From an uncultured Rhodobiaceae bacterium (GTDB lineage Bacteria; Pseudomonadota; Alphaproteobacteria; Rhizobiales; TMED25), in contig CAJWPC010000005.1 of NCBI GenBank assembly GCA_913045225.1, forward strand, positions 44,905 through 108,904: a stretch of 64,000 nt of DNA, written 5' to 3'. Below the pieces are notes generated by a model that was not told the DNA's origin, did no database searches, and saw only the letters and a list, made by a program, of their open reading frames with translations. Positions within the stretch are counted from its first letter, which is position 1. Each line of letters begins with the position of its first letter. Positions 9,523-20,282 of this stretch are shown piece after piece. The position numbers were made by a program, and so were the translations under genes.

Positions 9523-10236
9523 ATGACGAAAAAATATAATAATGTCTTACTAAAGATTTCTGGTGAGATTCTTGCAGGTGACTCGAAAAATACTTTTGAT
9601 AATTCCACATCAAAACAAATTGTTGATGATATAACTAGCGTCAAACAATCCGGGATAAATCTTGCTGTGGTTGTTGGTGGTGGAAACATAATTAGAGGTG
9701 TCAATCATAAGGACTTTAGTCTCGCTAAGACTAGCGCAGATCACATGGGTATGCTTGGCACGATAATAAATGGAGTTTTTTTAAAAAATTTATTATTAAA
9801 TAATGGAATTAAATCAGTTGTTTATTCATCTTTTATGATACCTGGTATTACAAAAAATTTTGATCATGAAGAGGCAAAAGAGGCTATGAACCATGGTCAT
9901 ATAGTAATTCTTGTTGGGGGAACTGGTAACCCTTATTTTACCACCGATACAACTGCTGTTTTGAGAGCTCTTGAGCTTGAATGTGATGTCCTTCTGAAAG
10001 GTACTAAAGTGGATGGAGTGTACGATAAAGATCCAGAAAAGTATTCAAAAGCCAAGAAATTTAGTAAATTAGATTATAATTATGTTATAAATAATAATCT
10101 AAAGATTATGGATATGACATCAATTATAATGGCAGAAGAAGCAAGTTTACCAATTATTGTGTTTTCAATTAAAAAGAGAGACGAGCTGAAAAAAGTCATA
10201 GAAAAAAAAGCAGAATTTACAATTATTTCTAATTGA
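9523..10236 (+). CDS. pyrH: UMP kinase
   Basis: LLKISGE, VVGGGNI, GTGNPYFTTDT, VDGVYDKDP. Confidence 0.96.
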   Translation: MTKKYNNVLLKISGEILAGDSKNTFDNSTSKQIVDDITSVKQSGINLAVVVGGGNIIRGVNHKDFSLAKTSADHMGMLGTIINGVFLKNLLLNNGIKSVVYSSFMIPGITKNFDHEEAKEAMNHGHIVILVGGTGNPYFTTDTTAVLRALELECDVLLKGTKVDGVYDKDPEKYSKAKKFSKLDYNYVINNNLKIMDMTSIIMAEEASLPIIVFSIKKRDELKKVIEKKAEFTIISN

Positions 10237-10245
10237 GGTATCAAA

Positions 10246-10806
10246 ATGGCAGATGAATTTAATTTACAAGATTTTTCGCGGCGAATGGACGGTGCCATCA
10301 ACTCTCTCAAGGGAGAATTTTCAGGCTTACGAACTGGTCGTGCTTCAGCTAGTCTGCTAGATCCTGTAGTTATAGAAGTATATGGATCAAAGATGCCTTT
10401 AAATCAACTTGCAACGGTAAGCACACCTGATCCACGCACAATATCAGTACAAGTTTGGGATAAATCACAAGTAGAGATTATTGACAAAGCAATCCGTGAG
10501 GCAGGATTAGGTTTAAATCCGAATATGGACGGGCAGCTAATACGAATTCCTATTCCAGAACTGAACTCGGAAAGAAGAGAGGAGCTCTGTAAGGTTGCAA
10601 GTAAATACGCGGAAAATGCACGTGTTGCAGTTAGGAACGTTCGAAGAGATGGAATGGACACAATAAAGAAACTAGAAAAAAGTAGTGATATCAGTCAGGA
10701 TGATCAAAAAAATTACGGTAATGATATTCAAAATATCACGGACTCCTCGATAAAGGAGATTGATGAGGTTCTTCAAAAAAAGACTGCCGAAATTATGAAC
10801 GTTTAA
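10246..10806 (+). CDS. frr: Ribosome recycling factor
   Basis: [18 protein letters not shown]; conserved position. Confidence 0.97.
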   Translation: MADEFNLQDFSRRMDGAINSLKGEFSGLRTGRASASLLDPVVIEVYGSKMPLNQLATVSTPDPRTISVQVWDKSQVEIIDKAIREAGLGLNPNMDGQLIRIPIPELNSERREELCKVASKYAENARVAVRNVRRDGMDTIKKLEKSSDISQDDQKNYGNDIQNITDSSIKEIDEVLQKKTAEIMNV

Positions 10807-10830
10807 CATCTTTCATTGAAATAAGTTACC

Positions 10831-11559
10831 ATGAGTGAAATCACAAACTTGCCTGATCATGTTGCCATAATTCTAGATGGTAATAGACGATGGGCAAGGG
10901 GCAAAGAGTTGCAGGACGAAGACGGTCATCGTAAAGGCATAGAAACGCTTGTTTTGATTGCCAAGGCTGCCGCTAATTTTAATATTAAATATTTAACACT
11001 ATTCAGTTTTAGTAAGGAAAATTGGAAAAGGGATCCATCAGAGATTTCAAACTTAATGGATCTTATGGAAAGCTTTGAAAGTGAATATCTTGATGAGATA
11101 ATTTTAAATAATATCAGAGTAACTGTAATAGGTGATATAGATACTCTTGCGAAACCACAAAAGAAAATAATCAAAATGGTACAGGAAAGAACCTACGGAA
11201 ATACTGGTATGCAGCTGATTGCGGCATTTAATTATAGTGGCAGGGACGAGATAATCAGAGCAGTTAAGAAAATAGTTAATGATGCCCAACTTGCAAAAAT
11301 ATCAACCGATATGATCAACAATGATTTAATGGGTAATTATCTAGATACAGCAAATATACCTGATCCGGATCTCATAATCAGAACAAGTGGTGAGATGAGG
11401 TTAAGTAATTTTTTGTTATGGCAATGCGCATACTCTGAATTTATATTTACAGATACCTTTTGGCCTGATTTTACTGTTGACCATTTCTACGATGCACTTG
11501 AACAGTATTCGCAACGAGAGAGAAGATATGGGAGAAACACCCCTAATGAGCGGGTGTGA
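10831..11559 (+). CDS. uppS: Undecaprenyl diphosphate synthase
   Basis: HVAIILDGNRRWA, FSKENWKR, DPDLIIRTSGEMRLSNFLLWQ. Confidence 0.96.
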   Translation: MSEITNLPDHVAIILDGNRRWARGKELQDEDGHRKGIETLVLIAKAAANFNIKYLTLFSFSKENWKRDPSEISNLMDLMESFESEYLDEIILNNIRVTVIGDIDTLAKPQKKIIKMVQERTYGNTGMQLIAAFNYSGRDEIIRAVKKIVNDAQLAKISTDMINNDLMGNYLDTANIPDPDLIIRTSGEMRLSNFLLWQCAYSEFIFTDTFWPDFTVDHFYDALEQYSQRERRYGRNTPNERV

Positions 11560-12395
11560 ATTTAGCTATGGATATTGATAATTTAAGGTTGCGATTTAAA
11601 ACGGCGCTGTTAATTTTACCAATTTTTTTCATACCTATATATCTGGGAGGAGTTTATTTTAAAATAGCCCTTATCTGCGTCTCAACATTATTTTTTTATG
11701 AGCTAATAACAATAATTAATAACGCGGAGAGAAAAGTTGCCACTGCGCTATATTTATGTTTTCTGTGCTTATCTTTATTCATTCTAAAAATTGTTCCAGA
11801 TGTGGCCTTTGGTATTTGTCTAGCGGCTTTAGTTGTTGGATCTATTTTAATAAAATTAGTTTATAGGGTTAACTTCTGGTTCCAAGCAATCATAGGTTAT
11901 TCCTATCTAAGTTTTTTAGTATTCTATCAAATAAGATTGCAAGGCAATCCGACAGACGGTCTAATTTCAATTTTTCTTGTGATATTAATTGCTGTTATTT
12001 CGGATAGCTTTGGCTACTTCGGTGGACAGTTGTTTGGCAGAAAGAAGATTTTTCCATATATATCACCAAATAAGACACTTGAAGGAACGCTTTTTGCATT
12101 TTTTACGCCAGCTATTTTTATTTTTTTTCTAGCACTGATTTTCGAAGTAGACTTTAATAATAGTATTATTTACATCTTCATTTCGATTATGGCGCTGGGA
12201 GCGATTTTAGGTGATCTAATTGGATCTTATTTCAAGAGAAATTTTAACGTAAAAAATTCAAGTAATTTACTTCCTGGTCATGGGGGGCTCCTAGATCGAA
12301 TGGATAGCATCGTTGGCGTCGGGATATTTTTTATAATTTTAGATCAGATAACTCGCAACAACAGCTACGAGAATATTTTATATTTTTGGAGGTAA
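11556..12395 (+). CDS. cdsA: Phosphatidate cytidylyltransferase
   Basis: Multi-TM protein with ISPNKTLEG and KNSSNLLPGHGGLLDRMD. Confidence 0.94.
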   Translation: MNLAMDIDNLRLRFKTALLILPIFFIPIYLGGVYFKIALICVSTLFFYELITIINNAERKVATALYLCFLCLSLFILKIVPDVAFGICLAALVVGSILIKLVYRVNFWFQAIIGYSYLSFLVFYQIRLQGNPTDGLISIFLVILIAVISDSFGYFGGQLFGRKKIFPYISPNKTLEGTLFAFFTPAIFIFFLALIFEVDFNNSIIYIFISIMALGAILGDLIGSYFKRNFNVKNSSNLLPGHGGLLDRMDSIVGVGIFFIILDQITRNNSYENILYFWR

Positions 12396-12396
12396 A

Positions 12397-13560
12397 TTGA
12401 AGAAAGACTTGACAATATTAGGCTCCACCGGATCAATTGGCGTTAATGCTTTATCGATACCAACAATAGAAGAAAATTTCTCTATGTTAGCATTCGTTGC
12501 GGGTAAAGATGTTAATACTTTGTCACGCCAATGCCTAAAATTCAAACCAAAGTATGCGGTAATTTCGGATACCCAAATGTACGGCGAGCTGAAGAAAAAT
12601 TTATTTGGGACTAAAATTGAAGTAAAAGCTGGGTATGATGAGATAAATGAAATAGCATCAAAATCTTCGGATGTTGTCCTATCAGCAATATCTGGCAGTG
12701 CTGGAATTGAACCGACCTATCAAGCCATTAATAGAACTGAAAAACTGGCTATCGCGAATAAAGAGTCAATTGTTGTTGCTGGTAGTTTATTGTTTGATAA
12801 AAAAATAAATAAATCAACTAATATCATTCCAGTTGACTCCGAACACAATGCAATTCACAAGCTCCTAAATTACGTAAATTATAAAAACCTGAAGACAATC
12901 ACACTAACTGCATCAGGGGGTCCATTTCTCAATACAAGTATTAAAGATTTAGAAAATGTTACACTGGAGGATGCATTAAAACATCCAACATGGGTTATGG
13001 GTAAAAAAATTACAATCGACTCAGCAGCCCTTATTAATAAGGGTTTAGAATTAATTGAGGCTACATATTTATTTAATATGAGTCACAAAGATATAACAAT
13101 ATTGGTTCATCCCCAGTCTCTTATTCATGCCATGGTATCAATGCATGACGGAACAACCGTATCTTTAATGTCTAAAGCAGATATGAGAATACCCATCAGC
13201 GATGCAATATTTGATAGCGATAATGCACCAATATTTGGGAATCTGAAAACTTCTGATATTCGAAATTTAACCTTTTACGATCTTGATAACGAAAAATTCC
13301 CTACAATTAATATGGCAAGAGAAGCTATTAATGATGGGGTGAGTTCTATCATAACCTACAATGCAGCAAGTGAAGTTGCAGTTGAAAACTTTATATCTAA
13401 AAAAATTTCATTCTTAGATATATACAAAGTTATCAAAAAATCACTTGATCATAATAAAAAAATTAAGCAAAAGGTTTTAAAAAATAATATCGAGCATATA
13501 TTATCATTAAACCAAAAAGCAAAGGATATTACGTTAACTATAATTGATGAGGCATTATAA
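12397..13560 (+). CDS. dxr: 1-deoxy-D-xylulose 5-phosphate reductoisomerase
   Basis: ILGSTGSIG, ANKES, PVDSEHNAI, LTASGGPF, HPTWVMGKKITIDSA; TTG start. Confidence 0.96.
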   Translation: MKKDLTILGSTGSIGVNALSIPTIEENFSMLAFVAGKDVNTLSRQCLKFKPKYAVISDTQMYGELKKNLFGTKIEVKAGYDEINEIASKSSDVVLSAISGSAGIEPTYQAINRTEKLAIANKESIVVAGSLLFDKKINKSTNIIPVDSEHNAIHKLLNYVNYKNLKTITLTASGGPFLNTSIKDLENVTLEDALKHPTWVMGKKITIDSAALINKGLELIEATYLFNMSHKDITILVHPQSLIHAMVSMHDGTTVSLMSKADMRIPISDAIFDSDNAPIFGNLKTSDIRNLTFYDLDNEKFPTINMAREAINDGVSSIITYNAASEVAVENFISKKISFLDIYKVIKKSLDHNKKIKQKVLKNNIEHILSLNQKAKDITLTIIDEAL

Positions 13561-13565
13561 TCAAA

Positions 13566-14687
13566 ATGTTAGATCTAGTAAATTTTTCAAGCCTATCATA
13601 TAACTTTCTAATTTATACCATACCATTTCTATTTGTTTTGACGGCGGTTGTTTTTTTCCATGAGCTAGGACATTTTGTGATTGCACGGCTTAACCGAGTT
13701 GATGTTGAAACCTTTTCAGTGGGTTTTGGTAGAGAAATTTTCAGTACCTATGATAAAAAGGGAACTAAATGGAAAATATGTTGGATTCCCCTTGGTGGTT
13801 ATGTAAAGTTTGTGGATGATGCAGATCCCACAAGCAAAGCAGATAAAAATAAATTATCTGAGAATGGTTTTCACTCAAAATCAATCCTTCAGCGTTCATC
13901 TATTGTTTCAGCAGGCCCCATTGCAAACTTTATTTTAGCTTTAGTAATATTTACATTCCTATACACAGTGAATGGGAAAACAACAATACTGCCTGTAATA
14001 GAAAGTATTGAGGAGTCTAGCCCAGCAATGAATGGGGGACTCAAGGTTGATGATGTTATTATTTCTATTGATGAAGTGCCAATCAATAAATTTGGTGACA
14101 TACCTCGTGTAATTCAAGAAAAAAAGACCAATGAACTTCAATTTGGGATACTCAGAAAAGGGAGCTATATTAATGTGAACCTCACACCCGAGATAAGATA
14201 TTTGAATCCAGAAAAGAAATCGGGAGAAATTTTTTATATTGGCATTGGAGGTGGTACGCTCGAAAATAATATTCTAAAAGAGAAGTTATCCGTAATTCAG
14301 GCAATAGGATATGGAATTAACGATACATATCAAATTATTCATTTATCCCTTAGCTATATCTATAAAATGGTTATTGGAGCAGAGTCTACTGAGAATTTGG
14401 GCGGACCTATTCGTATTGCTCAAATTTCAGGTGATGTCGCAAAAAATGGTATCATGCCATTATTGCAACTAACCGCGCTATTATCTGTAAGCATTGGGCT
14501 TATTAACCTATTTCCAATCCCAATGCTTGATGGGGGGCATCTTATGTTCTATCTAATAGAAGCCATAAGGGGAAAACCCCTAAGTGAAAGGTCATTTGAG
14601 CTATTTCATAAGATTGGATTAAGTTTTATAATTTTTCTTATGTTTTTTGCTTTATGGAATGATTTAAATTTTTTAAATATATTTTAA
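13566..14687 (+). CDS. rseP: RIP metalloprotease RseP
   Basis: HELGH, PDZ region, NLFPIPMLDGGH. Confidence 0.95.
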   Translation: MLDLVNFSSLSYNFLIYTIPFLFVLTAVVFFHELGHFVIARLNRVDVETFSVGFGREIFSTYDKKGTKWKICWIPLGGYVKFVDDADPTSKADKNKLSENGFHSKSILQRSSIVSAGPIANFILALVIFTFLYTVNGKTTILPVIESIEESSPAMNGGLKVDDVIISIDEVPINKFGDIPRVIQEKKTNELQFGILRKGSYINVNLTPEIRYLNPEKKSGEIFYIGIGGGTLENNILKEKLSVIQAIGYGINDTYQIIHLSLSYIYKMVIGAESTENLGGPIRIAQISGDVAKNGIMPLLQLTALLSVSIGLINLFPIPMLDGGHLMFYLIEAIRGKPLSERSFELFHKIGLSFIIFLMFFALWNDLNFLNIF

Positions 14688-14731
14688 TAAAATTATATAT
14701 AATAACGTTGTAAATTTAACAAAAAAATATT

Positions 14732-17023
14732 ATGAGAACTTTTTTATATAATTCTGTTTTTATTACTCTTTTCGCCTTTTTTGTCAATGCGACAGATCTG
14801 CATGCTGACGATCATCTGATTAGCAGAATTGATGTTACTGGTAATAATAGGATTGATGGTGATACAATACTTAATTATGCAAAATTGAGTGTTGGTAGTG
14901 CTTACAATCAAGCCGAGGTGGATGAAGCGCTAAGAGATCTATATGAAACAGAGTTATTTTCTGATGTTCAAATAAATTATGATGACTCGAGAATAGTTAT
15001 AACAGTTCAGGAAAATTTTCTCATCAATCAGGTTGCTTTTGAAGGTAATAAGGCGATAAATGATGACTCGCTAAGAGATCTTGTGTCATTAAAGGCACGC
15101 TCAACATTCTCAAAAAATAAATTAGAAGAAGATATTTCAACAATCATAAGCTCATATAGATCTGCTGGTAGGTATAGTGTTGTTGTTGAGCCAAAAATAA
15201 TCAAACTTGATTTTAATAGGATCGATCTTGTTTATGAGATTAATGAAGGATCTATAACAAAAATTACTGATATAAACTTCATAGGAAACCAGAACTACTC
15301 TGATAGGGTTTTGAGGAGTGTAATCTCAACCTCAAGAAGTACTTGGATTGATAAGATATGGGGAACAGGAAGATCTTATGATAATGCCATAATGGAGTAT
15401 GACAAAGAGCTCCTAGCCCAATTTTATAGAGATAATGGATATATAAATTTCAATGTTGTAAACGCTATTGGGGAGTTGAATAATACTACTGGTAACTTTG
15501 TTATTACATTTACTGTAGATGAAGGCGATAGATATCTCTTTGGTGATGTATCAATATTAAATAAATTAGATGATACCTACACATCATTAGTTGCAGGATT
15601 AATTACCACAAATGTAGATAATTATTATGATGAGTCAGAGATAAATCTTAACAAGACAAATCTCGTTGATTTTATGAAAGCAAATGGCTTGCCCTTTGCA
15701 ACAGTTGATGTGATTGAAGAAATTGATGAAAATACAAAAAAAGTAAACTTAACATATATTCTTGAAAACGGGCCACCAATATATGTAGAGCGTATAGAAA
15801 TATCTGGCAACCAAAGAACATACGATTACGTAATTCGTAGAGAGTTAAAAATATCAGAAGGGGACGCTTTAAATCAGACATACCTTAATCAATCAATGAG
15901 AAACCTTAGAGGCCTTAATTTTTTCTCCGATGTAAAGCTAAATACTGTAAATGGTTCAGCCCCCGATAAAAAAGTGATACAAATCGCTGTTAGCGAGAAA
16001 CCAACGGGATCCCTAATGTTTGGGGCTGGATACTCAAGTGTTTCAGGTTTCGTAGGAAGTATTTACATAAAGGAAGATAATCTACTGGGTAAAGGACAGA
16101 GAGTTGCAACACAATTTAGTCTAGGTGGCGATCAAAGTCTTGTTAATATTCAATTCACGGAACCATCTTTTTTGAGCACTGATGTGTCTGCGGGCATAGA
16201 TATCTTTGGAAATGAAACTGATTTATCAGATGACTCAGGATACAAAAATAAAGAAATTGGTGCGGGGCTGAGGTTTGGATTCCCATTATCCGAAGATCTA
16301 CATTTGGTGACAAAATATAAGTATACAAACAATGAGATCTATGATGTACCAGCAAATTCGAGTGCTGCACTAACACAGCTTGAGGGCACACGGAATATTT
16401 CTGAACTTGGCTATTCCATGAGATATAATACACTAGATAATATGGTTTCGCCAAGCAACGGCACACTCCTAGATTTTAGCCAAGATTTAGCTGGTCTTGG
16501 TGGGGATGTTAAGTATTTGAGGACAGAAGTATCTGGAAATTACTACAAAGATTTTACAAGTAGTATTGTTGGCTCCTTATCGCTAAATATGGGGCACATC
16601 TTTGGATTAGATGACCAAGATGTATTAATTTCCGATGCCTTCCGAGACCCTGGAACCACCTTGAGGGGTTTTGCCCCAAGTGGTATTAGCCCAAGGTTTA
16701 CGTCGAATGAAAGTAGTGATGAGGAGGCTATTGGTGGTAATACGTATATATCAACCTCGGCAGAATTAACATTTCCATTTGGCTCGTTGACAGACGAATA
16801 TGGTGTCAAAGGTGGCATTCATTTAAATGCTGGTTCATTGTTTGACTCGGATTTAGATCCGTCAGATATAAATGACTCTGACTCTTTCAGGACATCAATT
16901 GGTGCTTCCGTCTTCTGGGACTCTCCTGTTGGTCCGTTAAGGTTTGACTTTACGGAAGCCATTGACAAGGAAACATTCGATAAAACTGAGTTTTTCCAAT
17001 TTTCTGGTGGCACAAACTTCTAA
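14732..17023 (+). CDS. bamA: Outer membrane protein assembly factor BamA
   Basis: Signal peptide, POTRA repeats, LRGF motif, SPVGPLRFDF, terminal Phe. Confidence 0.95.
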   Translation: MRTFLYNSVFITLFAFFVNATDLHADDHLISRIDVTGNNRIDGDTILNYAKLSVGSAYNQAEVDEALRDLYETELFSDVQINYDDSRIVITVQENFLINQVAFEGNKAINDDSLRDLVSLKARSTFSKNKLEEDISTIISSYRSAGRYSVVVEPKIIKLDFNRIDLVYEINEGSITKITDINFIGNQNYSDRVLRSVISTSRSTWIDKIWGTGRSYDNAIMEYDKELLAQFYRDNGYINFNVVNAIGELNNTTGNFVITFTVDEGDRYLFGDVSILNKLDDTYTSLVAGLITTNVDNYYDESEINLNKTNLVDFMKANGLPFATVDVIEEIDENTKKVNLTYILENGPPIYVERIEISGNQRTYDYVIRRELKISEGDALNQTYLNQSMRNLRGLNFFSDVKLNTVNGSAPDKKVIQIAVSEKPTGSLMFGAGYSSVSGFVGSIYIKEDNLLGKGQRVATQFSLGGDQSLVNIQFTEPSFLSTDVSAGIDIFGNETDLSDDSGYKNKEIGAGLRFGFPLSEDLHLVTKYKYTNNEIYDVPANSSAALTQLEGTRNISELGYSMRYNTLDNMVSPSNGTLLDFSQDLAGLGGDVKYLRTEVSGNYYKDFTSSIVGSLSLNMGHIFGLDDQDVLISDAFRDPGTTLRGFAPSGISPRFTSNESSDEEAIGGNTYISTSAELTFPFGSLTDEYGVKGGIHLNAGSLFDSDLDPSDINDSDSFRTSIGASVFWDSPVGPLRFDFTEAIDKETFDKTEFFQFSGGTNF

Positions 17024-17069
17024 ATTGTATAAACTTCCATAAGGTATTGATTAATCTATTGGTATTTAT

Positions 17070-18092
17070 ATGAAAAATGCTATCTTTACAAATAATAATG
17101 GCCCTTTTAGAATAAGTGAGATTCTAAAAAAAGTACTTCCCGATCAAAAACTACAAGGAAATATGGAGGACAAGTTAATAGAAGGTGTTTCAACAATAAA
17201 AAACGCCTCCTCAAAAGAGATTACATATTTAAGTAATAAAAATTACCTAAATGGTGTTAGCGGTATAAGAGCTGCAGCATGTTTGATAACATTGGATTTA
17301 ATTGATGTTCTGCCTGAAAACGTTGTGCCAATTGTTGTAGAGAATCCTGAGTATACGATTATAGATATCATGAACTTATTTTATAAAGATTTAGATGATG
17401 GAATTGACAGTCAAATCAGTGATTTATCGTATATTGCAATTGACGTAGTTCTCGGTGAAAATACACAAATTAAACCCGGGACTGTTGTAAAAAGTGGTGT
17501 TGTAATTGGAGACAATACTACCGTCGACTCAAATACAACTATTGGAAGTAATGTTATGATTGGTCACAATGTTCGTATTAGTTCAAATTGCACGCTTCAA
17601 AATTGTATATTAGGTAATAATGTAATTATACACCCAGGTGTTCGAATTGGTCAGGATGGGTTTGGCTATAGTTTGGGAGACACAGGCTTTAAGAAATTTC
17701 CCCATATTGGCCGTGTTATTATTCAGGACAATGTGGAAGTTGGATCTAATACAACAATTGATAGAGGATCATTAAATGACACCACCATTGGTGAGGGAAC
17801 TAAAGTTGATAATCTAGTGCAGATTGCCCATAATGTCACAATTGGTCAAAATTGTGTGATTGCAGGTCAGGTTGGTATATCAGGCAGTGTTAGCATTGGA
17901 AATAATGTGATGATTGGCGGTCAGTCGGGTATCAAACAACATAGAAAAATTGGTGATAACGTACAAATAGGCGGAGGCTCGGGTGTTATGCATAGCATCC
18001 CTTCAAATCAAAGAGTGGCTGGAAATCCCGCAAGGAAGCTCGAGTCATATTTAAGTGAAATAAAAACTATCTCAAGAATAGCAAGAAAATAA
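17070..18092 (+). CDS. lpxD: UDP-3-O-acylglucosamine N-acyltransferase
   Basis: Hexapeptide repeats, [25 protein letters not shown]. Confidence 0.95.
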   Translation: MKNAIFTNNNGPFRISEILKKVLPDQKLQGNMEDKLIEGVSTIKNASSKEITYLSNKNYLNGVSGIRAAACLITLDLIDVLPENVVPIVVENPEYTIIDIMNLFYKDLDDGIDSQISDLSYIAIDVVLGENTQIKPGTVVKSGVVIGDNTTVDSNTTIGSNVMIGHNVRISSNCTLQNCILGNNVIIHPGVRIGQDGFGYSLGDTGFKKFPHIGRVIIQDNVEVGSNTTIDRGSLNDTTIGEGTKVDNLVQIAHNVTIGQNCVIAGQVGISGSVSIGNNVMIGGQSGIKQHRKIGDNVQIGGGSGVMHSIPSNQRVAGNPARKLESYLSEIKTISRIARK

Positions 18093-18147
18093 ATATAAAT
18101 TGGGTCATTGATGTGCTATAAGTTACACTGGCTAATTGGATATAAAA

Positions 18148-18612
18148 ATGAAGACTTATACGATGAGTGATAATCCTCAAACAGCTGATATAAATGTGAT
18201 TAAGAAATTAATTCCACATGCATATCCGTTTTTATTGGTAGATAAGATAGTTGAGATGAACGGTGACGAATATGGCATTGGGGTGAAAAATGTAACAATA
18301 AATGAACCATTTTTTCAAGGGCATTTTCCTGATAATCCGATAATGCCTGGAGTATTACAAATTGAAGGCATGGCACAAACTGCTGCCGTAATGTGTATGC
18401 TAAAATATAATACAAAAATCCCAAATATTTTTTTTATGACTATTGATAAAGCGCGCTTCAGAAAGCCAGTCATTCCAGGCGACATACTCTATTACCATCT
18501 AAAAATCATAAGAAAAAGAGCGAATGTTTGGAAATATAAGGGCGAGGCATATGTCCTTGGAAGCCTTGTTGCGGAAGCAGAAATAAGTGCAATGATCGAG
18601 GCGGGTAAATAG
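18148..18612 (+). CDS. fabZ: 3-hydroxyacyl-ACP dehydratase (start uncertain, 18148 or 18163)
   Basis: PHAYPFLLVD, NEPFFQGHFP, MPGVLQIEGMAQ. Confidence 0.95.
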   Translation: MKTYTMSDNPQTADINVIKKLIPHAYPFLLVDKIVEMNGDEYGIGVKNVTINEPFFQGHFPDNPIMPGVLQIEGMAQTAAVMCMLKYNTKIPNIFFMTIDKARFRKPVIPGDILYYHLKIIRKRANVWKYKGEAYVLGSLVAEAEISAMIEAGK

Positions 18613-18613
18613 A

Positions 18614-19417
18614 ATGATACATCCCTCGGCCATAATTGAAGATGGTGCCATAATAGGTAACAATACTTCGATCGGAGCATTTTCTTACATCGGCAGTAAT
18701 GTTGTTTTGGGTGATAATGTTAATATCTATCCACACGTTGTCATTGATGGGCATACAAAGATTCAAGATAACGCAAATATATATCCAAATGCAACAATCG
18801 GAATGACCCCCCAAGACTATAAGTATAAAGACGAAATAACATATATTGAGATCGGTAAAAATTGTGTAATTCGAGAGCATGTCACAATACATTTAGGGAC
18901 AAAGTCTGGTAACTCTCTGACAAAAATTGGTGATAATTGCTTCCTTATGGTTGGTTCGCATGTGGCGCACGACTGCTTAATTGGAAATAATGTAATACTC
19001 ATTAATCAAGCCGCTCTTGCTGGACACGTGATTGTTGACGATTATGCTATTGTAGGTGGTTTATCGGGTGTAAAACAGCATGTAAGGATCGGTAAGCATG
19101 CATATATTGCTGCGCAGACTGCGGTTGAAATGGATATATTACCATATGGTGTTGTAAAGGGCGTGCGAAGGTGCTACCTAACAGGGGTAAATATTAAGGG
19201 TCTAAGGCAAAGAGGATTTTCAAAAGAAGAAATTCATCTAATTCGAGATATTTATTTGGAAATATTTGATGGACCATCCATTGAAATTCCAAAAAGAGCA
19301 CAATCGCTTCATAAAAAATATGCTGATAACAAGAAAATAAGTATTTTACTCAAATTTATTTTAGATCACCCGGAAAGGCATTTGTGCCTTCCAACTGAAG
19401 AGAGTATTATTAAGTAA
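18614..19417 (+). CDS. lpxA: UDP-N-acetylglucosamine O-acyltransferase
   Basis: MIHPSAII, PQDYKY, HVAHDC, LAGHV. Confidence 0.94.
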   Translation: MIHPSAIIEDGAIIGNNTSIGAFSYIGSNVVLGDNVNIYPHVVIDGHTKIQDNANIYPNATIGMTPQDYKYKDEITYIEIGKNCVIREHVTIHLGTKSGNSLTKIGDNCFLMVGSHVAHDCLIGNNVILINQAALAGHVIVDDYAIVGGLSGVKQHVRIGKHAYIAAQTAVEMDILPYGVVKGVRRCYLTGVNIKGLRQRGFSKEEIHLIRDIYLEIFDGPSIEIPKRAQSLHKKYADNKKISILLKFILDHPERHLCLPTEESIIK

Positions 19418-19434
19418 TTTAAATAGCTATCGAT

Positions 19435-20268
19435 ATGGGCGAAAATCAATTAGCTATAATAGCTGGAGGGGGTAGTCTTTCAGATGTTATTATAGAGACC
19501 GCAAGAAAAAAAGGGTGGAATGTAACGGTATTTGCAATTGGAGACTTAAATATTGCAAAAAATCAAGATATAAGCCTTATTGAAATGAAAAGGCTGGATA
19601 TTGGTAGGATTTTCCAAATATTAAAAAGTCAAAAGATTAAAAATATTTGTATGGTTGGATACATACCCAGACCAAATAGTCCCAAAGACTACTTAAACTT
19701 TCGATATTTAAATGTTCAGACATTAAGTATCTTATTTCAATCTATCGGCATATTGCGCGGCGGTGATGCATCATTATTTAAGAAAATAAATTCATTACTT
19801 GAGAAGAGGGGATATAAAATTATCGGTGCATCCGAAATTGCACCAAATCTAACATTAAAAGGGGGGCTTTATTCCTCTAAGAGCGTATCAAAGGTAGAAT
19901 TTGAAAATATAAAAAAAGCTAAACAATGCGCTGAAATGACGGGCTACTTGGATATTGGGCAGGCTGTTGTTGTAAAGAATGGTAGAGTCCTCGCAATTGA
20001 GGCTGCGGAAGGGACCGATGTAATGCTTGAACGGGCTGCATGTTTGGAGGCAATAAGGATAAAGAGAGGTGGTGTTATTCTAAAGTCAGCTCAGATAAAT
20101 CAAGATAAGAGAGTTGATATGCCAACCATTGGGCCAAACACAATCAAGAATGTAGTAAAGGCAAATTTATCGGGTATAGCAATAACTGCTGATAATGTAA
20201 TTGTACTTGATTTTCAGAAGGTTATAGAAATGATTGAAGACAATAATTTATACTTTATAGTGATCTGA
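19435..20268 (+). CDS. lpxI: UDP-2,3-diacylglucosamine pyrophosphatase LpxI
   Basis: AIIAGGG, DIGQAVVV, AIEAAEGTD, QDKRVDMPTIG; lies between lpxA and lpxB. Confidence 0.92.
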   Translation: MGENQLAIIAGGGSLSDVIIETARKKGWNVTVFAIGDLNIAKNQDISLIEMKRLDIGRIFQILKSQKIKNICMVGYIPRPNSPKDYLNFRYLNVQTLSILFQSIGILRGGDASLFKKINSLLEKRGYKIIGASEIAPNLTLKGGLYSSKSVSKVEFENIKKAKQCAEMTGYLDIGQAVVVKNGRVLAIEAAEGTDVMLERAACLEAIRIKRGGVILKSAQINQDKRVDMPTIGPNTIKNVVKANLSGIAITADNVIVLDFQKVIEMIEDNNLYFIVI

Positions 20269-20282
20269 TTGATAATATAATT

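Noticed and set aside
17400-19100. Periodic repeats in lpxD and lpxA
   Set aside because: Ordinary hexapeptide left-handed beta-helix coding repeats, not CRISPR or DNA-level repeats
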